DNA of 64,000 nucleotides from a virus (lineage: Duplodnaviria > Caudoviricetes): positions 1 through 64,000 of IMG/VR virus record IMGVR_UViG_3300035498_000404; one strand, given 5' to 3'. This document shows positions 50,594-62,860 of this stretch, in pieces. The notes below the pieces were generated by a model, which did no database searches, was not told the DNA's origin, and saw only the letters and a program-made list of their open reading frames with translations. Made by a program: the position numbers and the translations under genes. Each line of letters starts with the position of its first letter. Within the stretch, counting starts at the first letter, position 1.

Positions 50594-53500
50594 ACAGAAC
50601 TTTGATTTCAATGGTTTATATGAAAATCCTTTATTGGAGCTTTGCAATCCAGATAAGAGACAAATTGGTATCTTAGCTAATGTGAAAAACTTAAAATTAA
50701 GTTTAAGATATAATAATATATCCGAAATGTCGTTTACTATTTATGCTAAAATAAACGATGTAGATTATCCGTATTATGATTTAGTAAGAAAGATGCGACT
50801 AATTCATGTTGAAAATATGGGATATTTTGTTATTTCAGAAATAAATGAACATTTTGAATATGACGTCCCTTATAAGGAAGTTTCTTGTTATTCGGCAGAA
50901 TACTTGTTAAATTATAAACCGATAAATATTTGTACTACAACACTAACATCTAGTTCTAACGCTGTATATAATAAAAGTTTTAAATTCTATGATAAAACCT
51001 ATCCTGATGATACATTAATGTATCAATTGTTTAATGGATTTTTTGATTGGAAATTTGACGCAACAGATTTGGATGAAGACTTAATGGGGCAATACCGTTC
51101 TTTTAGTGATACTGGTGATGGCCTATATGGATTTTTACAAAATTATGTTGCTTCCGCATATGAATGTGTATTTATTTATGATATTGAAACATTTACTGTA
51201 AAAGCATATAAAACTTCTGAAATTGTGAATTAGACAGATATTCTTTTTACTTTTGATAATTTAATTAAAAGTGTTGACATGAAAGAATTGTCTGATGATA
51301 TTTGTACAGTATTATCTGTTTCTGGTTCTGACCAATTGCCATTGTCTTTGATTAATCCTACTGGAACAAGTAATATTTACAATTTTAATTATTACTTACA
51401 AGACAAATACGATTCTTGGATTGGTAAAGATGTATATGCGATAGATGATAAAGGCAATACAAGACTTGATTCTAATGGAAATAAGATACTTTTAAAAGAT
51501 TATGTATGTGATTGGCAGGAAAAAATAAAGACATTAATTTACAGCTCTAATGAAGAAGGCTCTTATGCGCAATTACTTTCGGACAGAGCATATTTTAATT
51601 CTCAATATAACTTATTGTATGCAAAGTATGTTGAAGCTACTACAATTTCTAATTATCTAACAGAAGCAATTTCAACATTTAAAGAAGAAGAAAAAACTGC
51701 TAAAAAAACTGGATGGGGTATGCTTCTTTTAGGTGTTGCTTTAATTGCTGGTGCTGTTGGAATTTTTGTTGCAACTGGTGGTAGTGGCGCTGAGGCTTCT
51801 GCTGCAATGGTTGAAAAAGGTACAGAAGTTTTGATTAGCTGGGGAGCTGCCGAAGGAACTGCTGCTACAATTGCATCATATATTCCTCTTGCCATAAGTA
51901 CAACTGTTAACGGACTTACTACTTCTGGTTTTATTAGTATAGGAAGCGCGCTTACTACTTATTTTCCGCAAGTACAATCTATTAAGATTACTAAAGATGA
52001 ATGCCAAACTCTTCTTAATATAGCAAATGATAACGCTGCATTATTGTTTGGTAATGACAATAATGGATATGTTAAAAATCTTGATTCTACGACCGCCGCA
52101 AATGCTGTTGGCGGTTTATCAACTATCTCTATTGTAAATGAAAACAGTTTATATATTTGCGGAGATTCTTCTGGCATAGTGAACCTATCCCAAAGAAAAC
52201 CAGATTTAAATTCTGAAACAAGTATCGCAAAATATTATTCCATGAGCGTACTAGCTCAAAAAATAGCTCAGATAGACGCAAAAATTGAGGAATATGTTAC
52301 AACTTATGGTTACAATTATTATTTTTCTGAATCTGAAAGAAGAATTCTTGAACCATTTTTAATTCAAAGCGAATATACGGACGAGGCATTTACTGCTACG
52401 AGTGATGTTACAATTGATGATGATACTGATTTAACTCAATACATTACAACAACTCAAGGAGTAATGACTATCCAAGAATTTTTGTATAGAGAACAAGGAT
52501 ATTATTTTGATTTTTATACTGAATCAAGTACATCAACTTGGAATGCTAATCCTGTTAAATTTATTCAAGAGAATTTTAGAAATTCTGTTGGAGCAGATAG
52601 TAATAGTGAAGGAACTTATATTTTAACTTATAATGGTAAAAGTTGGGATATGACTGGTTCTTTGAAAAGTTCTGGTATGAAAATTGGTAATTCAGTTGGT
52701 ATACTAGATAATTCTTCTGCCGCCAATTATAGTTTTGTTTCTGGCGATTATATTGCTATAAGACTATATAATCCAGATATAGAGATGGTTAATACGACTA
52801 CTATCGCAATGCAGCTTGCACAACAAGCATATAGCGTTATAGATACGGTTAGTCAGCCAGCATTTTCTTTTAGTATGAATACATCTAATTTTGTATTTCA
52901 AAAAGAATTTACTCCTTGGCTAGACCAAATTGGATTTGGTAGTAAAAAAGCCAGAAATGAATATCTTGGTTTTGGTACTGTTGTTAATGTCGAATTGGAA
53001 AACGGAGAAGTATTACAACCCTTCTTACAGGAAATTGATATTGATTACGAAGATTCGACTTCTATTGAAATGACATTTGGTAATAAATTTAATTTAGGCA
53101 CTTCCGAATGGACACTTGGAGATTTGATAAGTGAAAATACTTCTACTATAAACAGAGTAACTCGTGCGCTTATTGGCACTTCTTCTTCTGGAATGTCAAC
53201 TTCTGTTTCTTCTATTTCAAGCGATACAACAAGTACGCTTCAAGCATTAAATGGTGCTACCACACAAATTGTTGCCACACAAGCCGAAATTAATTCGCAG
53301 ATTGAAAATAATGCGGAAACATTCGCTAAAGGTATGGCAAATGGTATGGCATTGTATAGCACAACAAAAGAAGAAGGAACATATTTTCATGATAATGAGA
53401 ATCTTGAAGATAGTAACACCGTATATTTATTTAATGATTTCGGACTTTCTTTTACAAAAAATTATAATCATGGAAATACAGAATGGGACACTGGCATTTC

Positions 53501-54113
53501 GGCAGACGGAAGTATGATATTACATTCTCTTACTGTAAATCAGATTACTGCCGACCAAATAAGTGCTGGGGCTATTGAAGCTGATAAAATAGCAGCCAAT
53601 GCAATTACTGCCGGAAAAATTTCTACAAATGCTATATATGCGGACAATCTGAGAAAAGATGCAGTGTTTAAATTATATTGGTCTAATTCCAGTGTACGTG
53701 ATTGGAGCACAACTAAAATAACAAATTCAGGTATAGACCTCAATAATTTTGATGGGTGCATTGTATTTTGTTCAGATTATTACGATGGAAAATATATCGG
53801 TTCTAGTTCTGCAATTGGAGTTAAAGACAAAACAACTGCTGCATTCGGAAAAGATTCAAATGGGTGGTATGGTGGTGGCACTATTACACAAAGAGGATTC
53901 ACAATGCGTTCTGATGGAATTTATATGGATAATGGATATTATTTTTCTCATTATGTTCATACTGTTCATTCTTTGAATTGGCACGTAACACAGGCGTTTG
54001 GTATATTTGATGTAATAGGTGATATATTAGACACCGCTGCGCATCCTACATGGCAGAAGTCATCTACTGCTTGTGTTCCACAAGCAGTTTACGTATTTAG
54101 GATGGGGGTTTAA
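50577..54113 (+). CDS. Large tail/baseplate hub protein (Tal-like), about 1178 aa via TAG 51231
   Basis: ORFs 50577 and 51279 join in frame; INPTGTSNIYNFNYY; ITADQISAGAIEADKI repeats. Confidence 0.8.
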
Positions 54114-54116
54114 TAG

Positions 54117-54290
54117 ATGTCTGATTTTAAAAATTGGATAAAATTAGGTGAAAATGACAGAGTGTGTAGTATTTTAACTACATATAAAGATATGACGAAT
54201 TCTGGTTTTATTCAAGTAGAAGACTATCCAGAAGGAAATTATTATTATTATTTATATAAAAATGGAACGTATATATATAGTCCTAAATAA
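54117..54290 (+). CDS. Small hypothetical tail protein (57 aa)
   Basis: GGGGG RBS; YLYKNGTYIYSP C terminus. Confidence 0.6.
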   Translation: MSDFKNWIKLGENDRVCSILTTYKDMTNSGFIQVEDYPEGNYYYYLYKNGTYIYSPK

Positions 54291-54316
54291 TTTTTAAGAT
54301 TGGAGTGTGCTTAATA

Positions 54317-56101
54317 ATGAATTTAGATAGTGTTCCAATTAAATATGTGTTAGATTCAAATAACACACTTCATTAGATTGATTACGAAACATTAGCAAAT
54401 TTACCTAATGGGTTAAAAAATCCATATGAATTAATAATTTTTGGTACTTCTTATGATGGTTCTAAAGAAATATCAATTGAAAAACAAATTGCTTCTAATG
54501 ACTTAGTGGGATTTGTAAAGCCAGTGAATGTTTCTTCTGAAATGACAACTCCCGTTGGCATAAATGAACAAGGAAGGCTATTTACGACAAGTCAAAAAGT
54601 TGATTCATTTTTGTCTAAAGATAGCACAAACTCGGTTTAGAATTCTGTGATTACTTAGAATATTTTTAAACTAGAAGATGAATTAGATAATAAAATAAGT
54701 GAAGAGAGCTTTAATAAAGTTGTTTCTGAAACGAACAACAAAATATAGAATTTACAAAATGATTATTTAAATAAGATTAGTTCCGTATCTTAGAATTTAG
54801 AAAATTATAAATCAGAGACAAATGAAACAATTGATTTAATACAATAGGATTCCAAAACAAAACCAATATCATTAGTTTTTGAAGATTATAATTCATTGTC
54901 TAATTGGTTGTCTATTCAGGACAATTTGTCGAAAATTGAATCTGGCGCTACTTTTTATTTGATACAGGGGGATACAGATTACTTTTGGGACGGAAATACA
55001 ATAAGAACCATTAAAGGCTCTGGCAATAGTAATTCAAATGGTTTATAGGACTATTTATCTCAAGTTAATCCAACAGGAATTGGTAGTTTTCAAATGAACT
55101 CTTCTGGCGCTATTGGAAAATATTCTGTTTCTCTTGGATATAATTCGGTAGCTTCTGGAACTTGTTCAACTGCAATCGGTTTAGGAGTAATATCTTCTTA
55201 GAATAACCAATTTGTATGTGGAAAGTATAATATTGAAGATACTGATAACAAATATTTATTTATAGTTGGTAATGGAGCTTCTGATAATAATAAGAGCAAT
55301 GCCTTTTCTGTTACTTCTGATGGAAATATAAGTTCGTACTAGGATGTTATAGCATTTTATTCTGATAAATATTATGCGAATGATACATATTGTAATTTTA
55401 CATATAATATTTCTTCATTTAATGGAACGTTAAATATGTCGTGGGATGGATTTGCTCTTGCGGTTTCCGGTGTTTCTGGTGATTATAAATTTGAATATAC
55501 TGGTGAGCATTGGTATTGTTCTTAGGTTGACTTATCATATATTGCAGATGAAACAACACAAGAAATAGGATGGTTTCCAATAAGTATAATTGGCATTTCT
55601 TTTGTTGATGAAAATGAAGAAGAGATAAACGAAGATACCATATCTTTTTCAAAAGGAGACTATATATTTGTTCATTTTCTTGCTCTCGAAGCTATAAGCT
55701 TGCGAGAATTGTATAATTATACTCATTTTGGATTAAGTTCTTCTACTGAAAATATTACAAAACTAGAAGAAAATGTCTCTACTTTACAAGAAAATTCAGA
55801 AAAATATATTTCAGAAATATCTTAGGCTATAAACGATTCTGAAAAAATTAAATATAGTATTAAAAATATAAATGATATAGAATTATCAAATATCACATTA
55901 AATTCTGTTACCAGTGAAAAAGCTGGTCTAATGTCCTCTACTGATAAAAACAATTTAGAACAATTAATAAAAGATATTGAATCCATAAAAAAAGAAATTG
56001 AATCAATCAAAGAAAGATTAGATAAGCTTGAAAATCCAGATTCAGATAAAGATACTGATTCCGGTGAAGAATCTACTGATAAATCAAATACTAATAAATA
56101 A
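54317..56101 (+). CDS. Tail fibre/adhesin-like protein, 594 aa with 11 in-frame TAGs (absent from the ORF track)
   Basis: No TAA or TGA in frame for 1.78 kb; YadA-head-like SVSLGYNSVASG..STAIG, GKYN..LFIVGNG..SNAF and AGLMSSTDK motifs. Confidence 0.82.
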
Positions 56102-56121
56102 ATAACAAAGGGGCGTTCAAT

Positions 56122-56496
56122 ATGAATGAGAATTTAGATTCTATTATAGAAAAATTAAGCAATCAAATTGAAGAAATTAAAATAGATTTTCAAAATAAAA
56201 TTGAAGACATATATGATGCTTTAAATATAGTAGAAGAAGATTTAGAAAAAAGACCAGCTACATTTGTATTTGAAAATTATAAAGCTATGTGCGAATGGTT
56301 TTCTATTGAAGAAAATGTAAGAAGTCTTGATATTGGCGCTACCGTATATTTGATTCATGGACATACAAATTACTTTTGGGACGGAGAGATTTTAAAGAGT
56401 ATTAAAGACCCTGATTCATACCCATATTATCCTCCGAATTATGTATATAAAACAAAATATGATATTGAAACCATTGAAAATACTGATGAAAATTGA
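56122..56496 (+). CDS. Hypothetical tail-associated protein
   Basis: VFENY..W..GAT.YLI.G.T.YFWDG domain also present inside 54317-56101. Confidence 0.75.
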   Translation: MNENLDSIIEKLSNQIEEIKIDFQNKIEDIYDALNIVEEDLEKRPATFVFENYKAMCEWFSIEENVRSLDIGATVYLIHGHTNYFWDGEILKSIKDPDSYPYYPPNYVYKTKYDIETIENTDEN

Positions 56497-56511
56497 TTGT
56501 GGTGATTTTTA

Positions 56512-56898
56512 TTGCAGAAAGAAGCAACTTTAATTGCCGCACAACAAATCCCTAAAATGCACATTATATAGGGTGATAGCCTTATGTTTGCTATACAATT
56601 CATTGATGCAAACTAGACTATAATAATTCCCAGTGCGTCAGATGAAGTTCAATGGTTTTTATATCCATTTAGAGTTGATTCTGACCCAATATTAATGTAT
56701 TCTAATAAGAATAATTCTGGATATAAAAACAATATATTTGTTGCTGATAATGGAGTAATATATATTAGTATAGATTCTGAAGATACAAAGCTATTAGATT
56801 CAGAAAAGTATATTCAAATCCCAGTTTTGAAATATAATAAAACTACATATACAAAAGCATATGGCGAAATAAATGTTATAAAAGGAGTTGGTAATTAA
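56512..56898 (+). CDS. BppU-like baseplate protein (2 TAGs), paralog of 58320-58667
   Basis: QIPKMHII*GDSL versus QIPDIEFISGDTI; both end in Q.PVL.Y...AYG.INV. Confidence 0.7.
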
Positions 56899-57416
56899 TG
56901 ATTAATAAAGACTTTGCGAATACAATAAATTATATCATATTTGGTTAGCAATCAGCCAGCTCTATTTATAACTATTATTATATTGGAATATGTTCTGAAA
57001 AAATAGAAAATGGAATTATTAATTCTGAAATATTTCCACAAGACGGGAAAAGAATAAGAATACCAAATAGTGCGGATTATTTTCATGTTGAATATGATAA
57101 TTCTTTAGGATGTAGCGTCGTAAAAAATGTTAATGCTATTACTTTTAATTTGAATAAATCTACTGATACCAAAATAAACTCAATATTTGTTGCAACTTCA
57201 CAAGACACCAAAGATGCTATTTTGTGGAAAAATCTATCACAAACTAAAACTGTATCAAGTGGAAATAAATTTGTTATATTAGCAAATGCACTTGAATTTA
57301 TTTTAGGAGGCCAAGCTTCTTCTGGCACTTCTGGTGGAGAATTAATTGTTGATGATAATGGATATTTAAGAAGCAGTTCATTTTCGGTAACAGACAGTGG
57401 AGAACTTGTATTGTGA
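56898..57416 (+). CDS. Hypothetical tail protein (1 TAG), paralog of 57665-58099
   Basis: ATG 56898 is in frame with ORF 57150; MI...A...N...FG...YY(I/L)G pattern shared. Confidence 0.7.
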
Positions 57417-57426
57417 CGGTGTAAAT

Positions 57427-57630
57427 ATGGATAGCAATACAAATGAATATATTATTGGATTACCAGATATTAACATTTCAAATTCAATTATTGGATATAC
57501 TAATAAGAATTATAATATGACTCCGTATAGAATTTTTATACCAGAACTTAATAGACGTGCAACAGGTGCGGCTGATTTAAATTATTATTTTGATTTTCAG
57601 ATAATTGAATCTTTATTATAGGAGAAATAA
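57427..57630 (+). CDS. Hypothetical protein
   Basis: Short ORF; TAG 57619 is followed by TAA 57628. Confidence 0.45.
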
Positions 57631-57664
57631 CGCAATAATCATTGTATGAAAGGGCGTGATGTGA

Positions 57665-58099
57665 ATGATTAGTTCTTCTCTTGCTAAACAAGTAAATCAA
57701 TTGTTATTTGGTGGTAACTCACTAAGCGTTCCGGGGTATTGGTATCTTGGTCTAAGCACCTTTGAAATAGACTCTGACGGAAGAGTAATAGAACCAGACC
57801 ATGTTTCTACTGGTTATTCGCGTGTAAGAATTGCAAATACTACTGATAATTTTGAAACAGGTGTTTATTCTAATCCGACTACGAATAAGATTGTTTATTC
57901 TTAGAATAAAAATAAAATAGCGATTTCCAGTATTACAAAAGGTAGTGCGGTTACAGTTAAAGCTGTATTTATATGTTCTACTCAAACTGGGACTAATGCA
58001 GACTTTTGGATTAATTTAACAAATCCTGTTACAATTCAAGTTGGTAGTACAATGTATATAAATGCTGGCTCATTAAGATTTACTTTAGGTTCTTTGTAA
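57665..58099 (+). CDS. Hypothetical tail protein (TAG 57902)
   Basis: WYLGLST...GYSRVRI..., continues past TAG to AGSLRFTL. Confidence 0.72.
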
Positions 58100-58111
58100 T
58101 GAGGTGGATAT

Positions 58112-58306
58112 ATGAGAGATTTTGAATATACACCTAAATTTACAGAGACTAATATAGGAATTCTCGGTAGAGTTTATCGTGACGGATATTTGTATTAGAA
58201 TACAAAAGATGAACCATTTACAATAAATATCTCTACTTTATATTTAAATTCTTATGTAACTGGCGAACTTGGTATTTGTTTTGGTATGGAAGTTAGTTTT
58301 TCATAA
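58112..58306 (+). CDS. Hypothetical protein (1 TAG)
   Basis: GAGGTG RBS; fills the gap between neighbours exactly. Confidence 0.55.
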
Positions 58307-58319
58307 GGAGGTGTAATTT

Positions 58320-58667
58320 ATGGGCAACTTCGTTTCAAAATATGTTACGCAGATTCCAGATATTGAATTCATCTCTGGTGATACAATTACCATACCGTTT
58401 AAGTTCACAGATGCTAATGGTACTGTGATTCAAAGTTATACACTTGTATGGAAATTATGTCCATATAATGATACAAAAAATACGGTAATAACAAAAACAT
58501 TAACTGTTACAGGTGGTTCTGCTAATGTTGTTTTATCTTCTGAAGATACTAAAAAATTAAAAGGAAAATATGTGCAGCAGCCTGTATTAAGATATACAAG
58601 TGGTGGGACTACGACAGACTATATTCGTGCTTACGGATATATTAATGTTATTGATAGTATAAATTAA
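58320..58667 (+). CDS. BppU-like baseplate protein
   Basis: GDTITIPF..., LSSEDTKKLKGKY motifs. Confidence 0.7.
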   Translation: MGNFVSKYVTQIPDIEFISGDTITIPFKFTDANGTVIQSYTLVWKLCPYNDTKNTVITKTLTVTGGSANVVLSSEDTKKLKGKYVQQPVLRYTSGGTTTDYIRAYGYINVIDSIN

Positions 58668-58702
58668 TTTGAAAATTATTGAGACCCAAAGGTGGGATTT
58701 TT

Positions 58703-58897
58703 ATGTTTAATAATGACGAATATTCTGACATATTAAAAATTATTGAAATGCTAAACAATAATACTAATGAACAATTAGATAATAAGATTAGTAAATTTGA
58801 TTTTGAGTACGCTGTTTCTATTTTAGAATTAAATAATTTAAAGCTAGAAAAGAGAATAAAAGCACTAGAATCATTGTTAGACGTAAAAAGTAAATAA
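58703..58897 (+). CDS. Hypothetical coiled-coil protein
   Basis: Short ORF ending LEKRIKALE. Confidence 0.55.
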   Translation: MFNNDEYSDILKIIEMLNNNTNEQLDNKISKFDFEYAVSILELNNLKLEKRIKALESLLDVKSK

Positions 58898-59347
58898 TTT
58901 AAGAAAGATAAAAACTAAGATAGATTGAAAATAATTTAAATAGTTAAACAATTAATAAATCTATTTTGGCAAAAGCATTCTATTTTTATATAAAAACAAT
59001 TGCGCTCTTATTTTTAGAATTACTAAATAATAAGAGATAATGGACTCTATGAAAGCGAAACCCTATGCCCCAGCAAAAATATCAACAGCGAACCTATACC
59101 ACTAAATTAGCGACATATCCCAAGTTTTAAATGGGTATTGTTTTGTCTAGGTATAACAGCTATTATTTTAAATTTTGATACAATGGAGAGCAAATATCCT
59201 TTCAAATAAACCATATGCCAAAAATTAAGTTAATAACCGAATATTAATTTACTAACAAAACAAATTATAAAGGAATAAGATTTTATGAATACAATTAACC
59301 TATTTAAAATGATTAAAGATATAAATAATTTAGTGGGAGGTTGCTAA

Positions 59348-60523
59348 ATGAAAACTACCAATCCAATGAATTATAATAATATCGGATTAGGATGGAATAA
59401 TGGTGGGGGGGGGGGTAAAACCCTTTCGGATTGTTCCGTTGGCAGCACAGTTAAGTTAAAAATAAATGGCGTTAATACAGCATTTATTGTCATTCAACAA
59501 GGAAATCCAGATTCGGATGTATACGATGATACTTGTAATGGAACTTGGCTTTTAATGAATAACTGCATGGAAATTCGTGCTCTTGCTTCTGATGGGGAAG
59601 ATACTGGATATTATCCTAGTGAAATTGATACCTATTTGAAAGAATATTATAAAAAATATTTCCCTTCTGATATTCAAAATTTCATATTGCCAGCTAGAGT
59701 TCCTTATACCACATACCAAGATGATAAAACTTCTGTTGTTTCTAAATCGGCAATGTCTTCCGATTATTATACTGGTTTATTTTTACTTAGCGGAGAAGAA
59801 GTTGGGTTTGAGTCTACTGACGATGATTATACTGCCGAAGGAGAACAACTTCCAGACGAAGGTAGTTGTCTAAGATATTTCGCAAGTGGCAATAGAAGTA
59901 ATCGTAAGGCAACTTATGGCGGAGAAAATACATAGTGGTGGCTTCGTTCCAAGACTGTATCTAAAACATATCTTTTTATTGATGCTGATGGACTAAGAAA
60001 TGACGAATACTCCGAAAAAGAAAAAGGTATCAGGCCAGCGATTATTTTAAATTCGGCATTAAATGTTGATAGTAATGGAAATATAAAAGTACCAGATATT
60101 AAAGAGTGGCAAAAAAATATTTTGTTGTCTGCGCATCCAATTGGAAGTTATTATTGGAGTAATAACAGTACAAATCCTATGACTCTTTTTGGTGGAATAT
60201 GGGAACAAATAATTGACAAATTTGTTTATGCGGCGGGGAATAAAGCTGTTGGTGAAACAGGCGGCGAAGAGGAACACACACTTACTGTGAGCGAGATGCC
60301 GAGTCATTATCATAGTAGGGTTTACAATACGAATGGAACTCAATATATACTTACTGGAAATAGTACCGGTAGTGCAAGTAATGGAGCGATGGTGAAAAAT
60401 AACACCGATAATACTTCCTCTTCATATAGAGGATATGTACAGACCAATAGTTCTGGCGGCAGCCAGCCCCATAATAATATGCCTCCATATATTGTTGCTT
60501 ACTGTTGGTGTAGAGTTGCTTAA
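59348..60523 (+). CDS. DUF6273-like domain fused to a tail-collar/baseplate domain (TAG 59933)
   Basis: LFLLSGEEVG...T*WWLRS...GIRPAII, then HPIGSYY...GGEEEHTLTVSEMPSH...GGSQPHNNMPPY, all in one frame. Confidence 0.8.
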
Positions 60524-60647
60524 AAGACTTTATAATGTGAATTTTTAAAGACAGATAGATAATAAATATTGAAAAATAAATAGGGATAAACATCCCTTAT
60601 TAAATATAATTTTTATAAAATAAACTATAAAGGGGTGTTTTAAAAAA

Positions 60648-62858
60648 TTGGCTGGAAAATATATCTTTGAAATTCAAGAAAGAACAATTGTTCCTGCTAT
60701 AACAGATTAGGTTGCTGTTTATGACGATAACCTATCTCGTTATATTACATTTAAAATACCAGAAGTTATAGACGGAATTGATATAATTGATAAATTAATT
60801 ATCATCCGTTATGTTAATGCTCTCGGTCAATTTGGTCAATTCTATTCGCAAGGTAGAGAGACTATTACTGAGGACGATGAAACATACGTATTATTCGATT
60901 GGGTTATTGAATCAAAAGTTACTGCCGCAAGTGGTTATGTAACATATGACGTATCTGTTTATGATTCTAACTTTGATGGAATTAATACGGCAAGTGATAT
61001 GTATATCTTGCATACACTTCCGACAAACTTAAAAGTTGAAAAAGGACTTCTGGAAGTTAGTCTTGAAGATGAAGACTACAATATGCTTTCTGAGCTTATT
61101 GACCAATTTAATGAGATAATTACACAACATTATCTTGAAGTCAAAAAATCAGAAGAAAACTCTAAGGCTTCCGAAGAGGCCGCTGCTTTAAGTGAATCTA
61201 ATGCAAAAGCAAGTGAAAATGCTGCTGCTGAAAGCGAATCTAATGCGGCGAGTAGCGAGAGTGCTGCCTCAAAGAGTGCAACTGATTCTGCCAATAGTGC
61301 AACAGCAAGTGCTAATAGCGCTACTGATTCTAAGAATAGTGCTAGTGCTGCCTTGAGTAGTCAAAATGCAGCTAAGACCTCTGAAACAAACGCAAAGAAT
61401 AGCGAAACTAATGCTAAAACTTCGGAAACCAATTCAAAGACTTCTGAAACAAACGCAAAAAACTCAGAAACTAACGCTAAGTCTAGTGAAACTAAGGCGG
61501 CAACTTCTGAAAGTAATGCGAAAACTTCTGAAAGTAATGCGAAAACTTCTGAAAGTAATGCGAAAACTTCTGAAAGTAATGCTGCCGATTCCGCAAGTAA
61601 TGCTGCTGATTCTGCAAGCGCTGCTGCTACAAGCGCAGGGAACGCAAAGACCTCTGAAACTAATGCTAAAAATTCAGAAACAAACGCCAAGACCAGTGAA
61701 ACAAATGCAGGAAGTAGCGCTTCCGCTGCTTCTACAAGTGCAGGAAATGCTTCTAGTAGTGCCAATGCGGCTTCTAAGAGTGCTTCCGCTGCTTCTACTA
61801 GCGAATCTAATGCGTCAACTTATGCTTCTAACGCTTCTACTTCCGCATCAAATGCTTCGACGTTTGCAAATACTGCTTCGGCAAAGGCTACCGATGCCTC
61901 CAATTCTGCTTCTGCTGCCTCTACAAGTGCTGGCGAAGCAGCTTCTAGTGCGTCCGCTGCAAAAACCAGCGAAGATAATGCCAAAACAAGCGAAGATAAT
62001 GCAAAGAAGTCAGAAGAAAATGCAGCTACATCAGAATCAAATGCTTCTGATAGTGAAACCAATGCCGCGACAAGTGCTACAACTGCGTCGAATAAAGCAA
62101 GTGACGCTGCTGCTTCTGCAACTAATGCTAAAAATTCTGAAACCAATGCTGCCACAAGTAAGAATGACGCGGCAACATATGCGTCAAATGCTTCTACAAG
62201 CGCAAGTGAAGCACAACAAAGTAATACAAACGCAGAAACAAGTGCAAATAGAGCTGCCGATAAAGCAAGTGAAGCCGCCAATAGTGCAACTGCTGCCGCA
62301 AAATCTGCTGCTGATGCTTTAGAATACTTGAATCAAGTTAAAACTGTGAGTAGCGGAGCGCAAGGTTATTATGAAACACCGGAAAAACTAAAAGAAAGCG
62401 TTCCAGATGGCACTACTGGCTATTGGGCTATTGTAGGCTCTACCGATACAATTTGGGTTTGGGACGATGAAACCTCCGACTGGAAAGATAGTCATGATAT
62501 GACTAAATTTACAGAATATTATACTATCACTCAAATTGACAGTAAATTAAAACAGGTACAGACAGATATTGATACAGCTAAGACAGAAACAAAATCGGTT
62601 TCTTATACAATTACTGTTCCTGCTAGTGGATGGACTGGAAGCTCCGCCCCGTATAGCAACACAGTCATTGTTGATGGTATTACCGCCGACACAGTTCTAA
62701 GTGATATTAGTCTTGCAAGTTCTAGTATCGGCGTGGCCTCTGCTGAAGCTGCCGCTCAAACTTGGTCGTATCTTGATACAAGTGCCGGAAGGGTCACTTT
62801 TTATAGTAGCACTATCCCCACTGCTGACTTTACAATAGTAGCAAGGGAGGTTAAGTAA
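60648..62858 (+). CDS. Tail fibre protein with Ala/Ser-rich (lambda Stf-like) repeats (1 TAG)
   Basis: TTG 60648 is in frame with ORF 60999; BppU-like N terminus; (A/S)KTSETNA heptads; TVPASGWTGSSAPY C-terminal domain. Confidence 0.85.
61378..61581 (+). repeat. 21-bp tandem coding repeats in the tail fibre gene
   Basis: aacttctgaaagtaatgcgaa three times near 61502-61580, plus degenerate copies. Confidence 0.8.
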
Positions 62859-62860
62859 TA

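Noticed and set aside
58900-59340. Diversity-generating retroelement template repeat next to the DUF6273-like gene
   Set aside because: No reverse transcriptase in the window and no adenine-specific near-duplicate of the gene was seen; only a short AGCGAA(A)CC(C)TAT(G/A)CC duplication.
61361-62322. Long alternative-frame and antisense ORFs over the tail fibre (also 24702-25181, 25472-26032, 26367-27014)
   Set aside because: Shadow ORFs caused by repetitive or codon-biased sense genes; no RBS or motifs.
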